From the IMG/VR virus record IMGVR_UViG_3300046779_001025, positions 1 through 30,722 of that record: DNA of 30,722 nucleotides, one strand, 5' to 3'. The notes under the pieces are model-generated. The model saw nothing but the letters and a program-made list of their open reading frames with translations, was not told the origin of the DNA and ran no database searches. Shown here piece by piece: positions 26,652-30,722 of this stretch. The DNA comes from a virus (taxonomy: Duplodnaviria; Caudoviricetes). Within the stretch, counting starts at the first letter, position 1, and every line of letters begins with the position of its first letter. The translations under genes and the position numbers were made by a program.

Positions 26652-26941
26652 TAGTATTTCCCTTTGCGACCTTTTGGATTGCTTGTGGTTGCACCTCCGG
26701 GACCTGCCCATAAGTTTTTACACGCCCAATACCTTGGAGTCAATTTATCATTTGCTGTGTCACAACTATGTCTTGCTTTGAAACTTTTACGAGCCGCTGC
26801 ACTATAGTTGTTACCATAGCCTTTTGCTCCGAAGTGAAGGAGTTTCTCCTCCCCTCCGGAACAGGCTTTAACCATCTTCTTCTTCCCCGGTCTATCGGAT
26901 GGAACAGGACGATTACATTTCATTTTTGACTTATCTGCCAT
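26651..26941 (-). CDS. basic hypothetical protein
   Basis: KLLHFGAKGY, RKSFKARHSC and YWACKNLW, a motif set recurrent in phage proteins. Confidence 0.7.
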   Translation of the reverse strand: MADKSKMKCNRPVPSDRPGKKKMVKACSGGEEKLLHFGAKGYGNNYSAAARKSFKARHSCDTANDKLTPRYWACKNLWAGPGGATTSNPKGRKGKY

Positions 26942-26946
26942 TGTAA

Positions 26947-27099
26947 TTAGTTTCTGAAATCACGTCTTGTATGACCCGGAGAAACTACTGATTCTTTGTC
27001 AGATTTTATCTCAGGCTTAACTGAAGCAACTTCTTGTTTAACTTCTTGCTTAGCTTCTTCTTGAACAACTTCTTGAACAGCTTCTTTTGACTTTGCCAT
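26947..27099 (-). CDS. small protein with QEV repeats, 50 aa
   Basis: Not in the track. Reads MAKSKEAVQEVVQEEAKQEVKQEVASVKPEIKSDKESVVSPGHTRRDFRN and fills the intergenic gap. Confidence 0.65.
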   Translation of the reverse strand: MAKSKEAVQEVVQEEAKQEVKQEVASVKPEIKSDKESVVSPGHTRRDFRN

Positions 27100-27105
27100 T
27101 GTTTT

Positions 27106-27291
27106 TTATTTTGCTTTTTTAACTAATTTCTTAGCTACACCTGCAGCCTTTACAGCTACTTTAGCTCCTTTAGAAGGTACACCTTTAGACATTTCAATTG
27201 CTTTTCCTTTCAAAGCATTCTTGATTTGTGGACCACCACCTGAAGGGTTCTTCATTCTTGAAGATGCCGGTAAGTTTGGAGTTGATTTCAT
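27106..27291 (-). CDS. small Lys/Ala-rich basic protein
   Basis: Likely start MKSTPNLPASS after an A-rich leader, with a histone H1-like K/A tail. Confidence 0.6.
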   Translation of the reverse strand: MKSTPNLPASSRMKNPSGGGPQIKNALKGKAIEMSKGVPSKGAKVAVKAAGVAKKLVKKAK

Positions 27292-27316
27292 CTTTTTGTT
27301 TTTTAAATTGTGAATA

Positions 27317-27550
27317 TTATAACGTTTGTAATCCTTTAATTCTTCCGGCTGCACCAACACGTCTATATGTACTGCCAACACCATCAGTGCTGCTAACATA
27401 TCTTTTTTTGTTCCTGCCTAAGTTATCTTTCAATCTCTCCTTCCCTTCTTGCACAGCTTGAATTTTTTGAGCTTGTGCATTCTTGAAGTTAATGTCATTA
27501 AGGGTTTCCCTTAATGTCTTCTTTACAGGTGTTTGTGTCTTAGTTGCCAT
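27317..27550 (-). CDS. small basic hypothetical protein
   Basis: 77 aa, the first gene after the promoter at 27573. Confidence 0.6.
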   Translation of the reverse strand: MATKTQTPVKKTLRETLNDINFKNAQAQKIQAVQEGKERLKDNLGRNKKRYVSSTDGVGSTYRRVGAAGRIKGLQTL

Positions 27551-27559
27551 AATAAATTA

Positions 27560-27580
27560 TAACTTTGCTTTACAAATGTA
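27560..27580. promoter_or_regulatory. overlapping divergent Bacteroidota -7 promoter elements
   Basis: TAACTTTG on the plus strand at 27560-27567 and TACATTTG on the minus strand at 27580-27573, in a 45-bp gap between divergent genes. Confidence 0.6.
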
Positions 27581-27595
27581 ATAAAATTTAATTAA

Positions 27596-28057
27596 ATGAA
27601 AACAGCACCAAAAGACTACTTGAAATTTTGGAGAGTCATCAGGTATTACTACAAGGCAAAGTTCCAATTAAGCCAAGCAGACCTCGATATTATTTTGTTT
27701 TTATACAGCGAAGGATACTTCGGGAAAGAGAAGTTTGATGAGTTTGCCGAACTCGTGAGTTGGGAAGTCGGCAGGTTTAAACGCCTGCACAAAGAAGGTT
27801 GGATTGAAACATTCAGAAGACGTGGACCCAATGGCAGGGCACTTTACCAACTCAGCTATAAAGCTACTCGTCTCGTGCTCGACATCTACCGCAAACTAAA
27901 TGGGGAAGAGATTCCAACAAGTCTTTCTGCAAACCCTATGTTCTTGAAGAATGTCTCCTACAACGATAAGGTTTACAGAAATATGATTATCGAGATGAAT
28001 GCTTATCAAAAAGCCAATAAGTACAGAAAGCCTGCACCTGAATCTACCGAAGACTAA
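27596..28057 (+). CDS. putative winged-helix (MarR-like) DNA-binding protein
   Basis: LSQADLDIILFLY...RFKRLHKEGWIETF...RALYQLSYKA fits a wHTH pattern. It is the only credible plus-strand gene. Confidence 0.6.
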   Translation: MKTAPKDYLKFWRVIRYYYKAKFQLSQADLDIILFLYSEGYFGKEKFDEFAELVSWEVGRFKRLHKEGWIETFRRRGPNGRALYQLSYKATRLVLDIYRKLNGEEIPTSLSANPMFLKNVSYNDKVYRNMIIEMNAYQKANKYRKPAPESTED

Positions 28058-28311
28058 ATCACAACCACCACGTCTCTCTCAGAGATGATGGTGTACTGCG
28101 TATCATCTATCAGCATCGTGAAGCTGTGAGCCTTGTCATAGTACAGCTCGTCACCTTCGTCAATGACACTCACGTCAGTGCCGGGTGCTATCACCATCGC
28201 ACGCTTGTAGCGTAGCTGATTGGTATCCTCACCTGACAATATCAAGCCACTCTCAGTGGTAACTGTCTCTTGTACATCTTTGACTACAATGTATTTGCCT
28301 ATTGGTCGCAT
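28054..28311 (-). CDS. groES: co-chaperonin GroES
   Basis: MRPIGKYIVV, mobile loop TTESGLIL, VIAPG..IDEGD and IISERDV. Confidence 0.9.
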   Translation of the reverse strand: MRPIGKYIVVKDVQETVTTESGLILSGEDTNQLRYKRAMVIAPGTDVSVIDEGDELYYDKAHSFTMLIDDTQYTIISERDVVVVI

Positions 28312-28655
28312 TTGAAATCTTTTAAACTGTGAACTACTTGACGAAACAAATGGTCTTTTACTTGTTGACTTAATGAAAGTTCTTCAAAAGGTACAATGCA
28401 AGGATGTGTTTTTGCTTCAGGATTTTTCTCCTCACCATATACCCATCCTGTGTCAACCTTTTGTTTCATCCAACTATTGTGACTCGCATCAGGACCTGCG
28501 TCAGGATGTTCCACGTGGAACATTACACCTAATACCGCAGATTCTTTTTGCCAAGCCGGAGCATCTTCCCAACTTGTTTGAGACTTGTCGCCAATTGCTT
28601 CGCAATAAGCCTTGTTTACTTCGTGTGCTACTTGAGCGATTTTTTCTATTAACAT
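28299..28655 (-). CDS. phage RyR-domain protein
   Basis: Likely start MLIEKIAQVAHEVN, with SHNSWM..K..GWVYG..K..KTHPCIVPFEEL..KD, the RyR repeat signature. Confidence 0.8.
   Translation of the reverse strand: MLIEKIAQVAHEVNKAYCEAIGDKSQTSWEDAPAWQKESAVLGVMFHVEHPDAGPDASHNSWMKQKVDTGWVYGEEKNPEAKTHPCIVPFEELSLSQQVKDHLFRQVVHSLKDFKCDQ
28507..28522. promoter_or_regulatory. parS-consensus palindrome TGTTCCACGTGGAACA
   Basis: Perfect 16-bp palindrome (18 bp with flanks) encoding MFHVEH. Confidence 0.7.
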
Positions 28656-28923
28656 ATTTTTAGTTTTAAGTATATGAAATAATAGGATGTTCCCATTTTT
28701 CTTTACCACATATTTTACATTTTGTTTTTGATGAACTTTTTTTATCAGATTCAAAATTATGAAAATGAGCAGTAGATGTAGTAAGAGTCCCTGTAGAAGC
28801 TACCCCTTGAGTATGCTCAGGACAATGACTGCACATATTTGTTGTCGGAGAATATACTCTTTTACATTTAGGACATTCCCAACCTTGAGGTATAAATGAT
28901 GTCTGAAACATATTTTTAGTTTT
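28651..28923. repeat. 17-bp direct repeat AACATATTTTTAGTTTT flanking the zinc-finger gene
   Basis: Identical copies at 28651-28667 and 28907-28923. Confidence 0.85.
28666..28911 (-). CDS. small zinc-finger protein
   Basis: Likely start MFQTSF, with GWECPKC, CSHC, HFHNF and CKICG..H. Confidence 0.7.
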   Translation of the reverse strand: MFQTSFIPQGWECPKCKRVYSPTTNMCSHCPEHTQGVASTGTLTTSTAHFHNFESDKKSSSKTKCKICGKEKWEHPIISYT

Positions 28924-30535
28924 GCTGCTCGTATGTACGAGCCATTGTGATAATTGCATTGGTACTTAGGATGGTTGTAGCTACGCTAACTGCGTTTTGT
29001 AACGCTGACCTTGTAACTTTCAACGGGTCAATAACACCCATTGCTACCAAGTCACCCATCTCACCTGTCTTTAGGTTGTATCCGTGACCAACAGGAGTAC
29101 TATCCTTGTACACATCGCTTGGTTTCAGCCCTGCGTTAGCCAAGATTTGTTGGAATGGAGCCATTAAAGCATCTCTTAAAATGCGTAATGCAGCGTCATA
29201 CTCCTTACTTGCCTCAGCATTTGTAAACAAATCTGCTGACTCATCAAGCAATGCCTTGCCGGCACCCGGTAAAATTCCTTCCTCAAGTGCGGAACGAACT
29301 GCACACACAGCGTCATCAACCCTATCGTACAACTCTTTCTGCTCAAGGTCAGTCTGACCACCAACAAATATCACACCTATGCCACCTGTAAGTGAGGCAA
29401 TACGCTCCAACAAGAAGTCTTTATCCCCTTTCTTGGTCGCTTCTTTGTGTGCGTCCCACAACTGCTTCACTCTCTCCTCAACTTTTGTTTCGTCAGCTTT
29501 AGCTGCACTGCGAATAATGACAGTCTTGTCCTTGCTAACAATAACTTTTGCTGCGTGACCTAAGTCTCCGTAGTTGATATGGCTCAAATCGTCACCCGTC
29601 TTCTCACTATAGTAAGTAGCTCCTACGCTAATCGCAATGTCTTGCATCAACTCGTGCTGCTTGTAGCCAAAGTTTGGCGGAGGCACAGCAACCACTTTCA
29701 GATTCCCCTTAACTGAGTTTGCTGCAAGCGTGTTCACCACATTAGTATTACACGGAGAGATAATCAACAGCTTCTTGCCCTCAGAAATGATTGGCTTTAA
29801 CACATTCTCAATCTGTAAGATGTTTGCTATCTCCATATCGGCTACCAATACCATCACGTCCTCAAACACACACTCGTCTTTCTTAGCATCGTTGATAAAC
29901 ATCGGACTCAAATATCCTCTGTCAAACTTCAAACCCTTAGTCGTCTCAGCATATGTCTCATTTGTTTGGCTTCTTTCTACAGTTACAATACCGGTCTTAC
30001 CCACATCCTTATACACCTCAGCAATAATGCGACCAATCTCTCTGTCGTTGTTCGCTGAGATTGCTGCCACATCCAATAACATACTGCTACTAACTTTCTT
30101 GGCTTTGCGTCTTAACTTGTCCACCACCTTATTGCTTATGTCCACCATATGTCTCAGCACCTCGGTCCTGTTCATATCCTCTTTGATATGCTCAAGTCCT
30201 CCAAGTACCAATCCTTCTGTAAGTACAATAGCCGTGGTCGTACCATCACCCGCTGAAGTAGCTGTCTTATCCGCTGCCTCTTTCATCATCTTAACCGCAA
30301 GGTTCTCACTTGGGTCAATAAGGTCAATTGACTTAGCAACTGTTACACCATCCTTAGTAACTGTTATGCCGTGTGTGTGATGCGGACTCTCAATGAGTAC
30401 AGTGTTACCACTTGGTCCAAGTGTTGACTTAACAGCCTTGGACATCTTAACTACACCGCTGATTAATTTCTTCCTGCCGTCCGAACCGAACTGCAAATCC
30501 TTGGGTGAGTACCCAATTCCTGATGTTTCTACCAT
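28916..30535 (-). CDS. groEL: chaperonin GroEL (phage-encoded)
   Basis: TLGPSG, TKDGVTVAK, AGDGTTT, FDRGYLSP and GVIDPLKVTRSALQNA; there is no GGM tail. Confidence 0.97.
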   Translation of the reverse strand: MVETSGIGYSPKDLQFGSDGRKKLISGVVKMSKAVKSTLGPSGNTVLIESPHHTHGITVTKDGVTVAKSIDLIDPSENLAVKMMKEAADKTATSAGDGTTTAIVLTEGLVLGGLEHIKEDMNRTEVLRHMVDISNKVVDKLRRKAKKVSSSMLLDVAAISANNDREIGRIIAEVYKDVGKTGIVTVERSQTNETYAETTKGLKFDRGYLSPMFINDAKKDECVFEDVMVLVADMEIANILQIENVLKPIISEGKKLLIISPCNTNVVNTLAANSVKGNLKVVAVPPPNFGYKQHELMQDIAISVGATYYSEKTGDDLSHINYGDLGHAAKVIVSKDKTVIIRSAAKADETKVEERVKQLWDAHKEATKKGDKDFLLERIASLTGGIGVIFVGGQTDLEQKELYDRVDDAVCAVRSALEEGILPGAGKALLDESADLFTNAEASKEYDAALRILRDALMAPFQQILANAGLKPSDVYKDSTPVGHGYNLKTGEMGDLVAMGVIDPLKVTRSALQNAVSVATTILSTNAIITMARTYEQQN

Positions 30536-30539
30536 TTGA

Positions 30540-30722
30540 TTAATATTTGAATGTTAAAACTTTTACTACGTTCATTTGAGCATTTAAGATTTCACCGATA
30601 GTGTGCTCAGATAACATCCTTTTTAATGGACTTGCTGTTGCATTCATCTCAGGTTTAACCAAGTCTGCTAACTCAGCACATAGTTCTTTTGCTCTTTGAA
30701 CCTTAGGGTCTCCGCTTGGATT
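30540..30722 (-). CDS. partial ORF, possible Acb2/Tad1-like helical-hairpin protein
   Basis: Not in the track. Reads NPSGDPKVQRAKELCAELADLVKPEMNATASPLKRMLSEHTIGEILNAQMNVVKVLTFKY*, 5'-truncated by the window edge. Confidence 0.5.
   Translation of the reverse strand, partial: NPSGDPKVQRAKELCAELADLVKPEMNATASPLKRMLSEHTIGEILNAQMNVVKVLTFKY

Noticed and set aside
29730-30380. 216-aa plus-strand ORF, and other ORFs antisense to groEL, terL and the holin
   Set aside because: These are antisense-frame artefacts of codon bias in conserved genes.
1-30722. Stop-codon reassignment as in some crAss-like phages
   Set aside because: Long genes are intact under code 11, and both TGA (terL, holin) and TAG (groES) end genes at sensible positions.
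1-30722. tRNA, rRNA, CRISPR array, integrase or transposase
   Set aside because: None was recognised, and the intergenic gaps are too short to hold them.

Overview
The window is part of a tailed phage genome that probably infects Bacteroidota. Its late module resembles crAss-like (Crassvirales-related) podoviruses, and nearly all genes are on the minus strand. In transcription order (right to left) it holds a partial Acb2/Tad1-like ORF, then groEL and groES separated by two inserted genes. Next come the single plus-strand gene (a winged-helix regulator), a run of small basic proteins, holin, M15 endolysin, a putative u-spanin and a 1467-aa tail fibre. An AT-rich enzyme cassette follows: flavin halogenase, glycosyltransferase, sulfotransferase, APS kinase, HIGH nucleotidyltransferase and DUF2061. 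After it lie a GroES-like protein, a 2OG-Fe(II) oxygenase, the terminases, portal, scaffold, major capsid protein, two ring proteins and a truncated muzzle/stabilisation protein. The main highlights are the tail-fibre-linked halogenation/glycosylation/sulfation cassette, two parS-type palindromes inside coding sequence, and a 16-bp inverted repeat present in three exact copies. Also notable are Bacteroidota TAnnTTTG promoters, including an overlapping divergent pair, and a 17-bp direct repeat flanking a gene inserted in the groEL-groES locus. All family calls come from motif recognition by eye; no searches were run.
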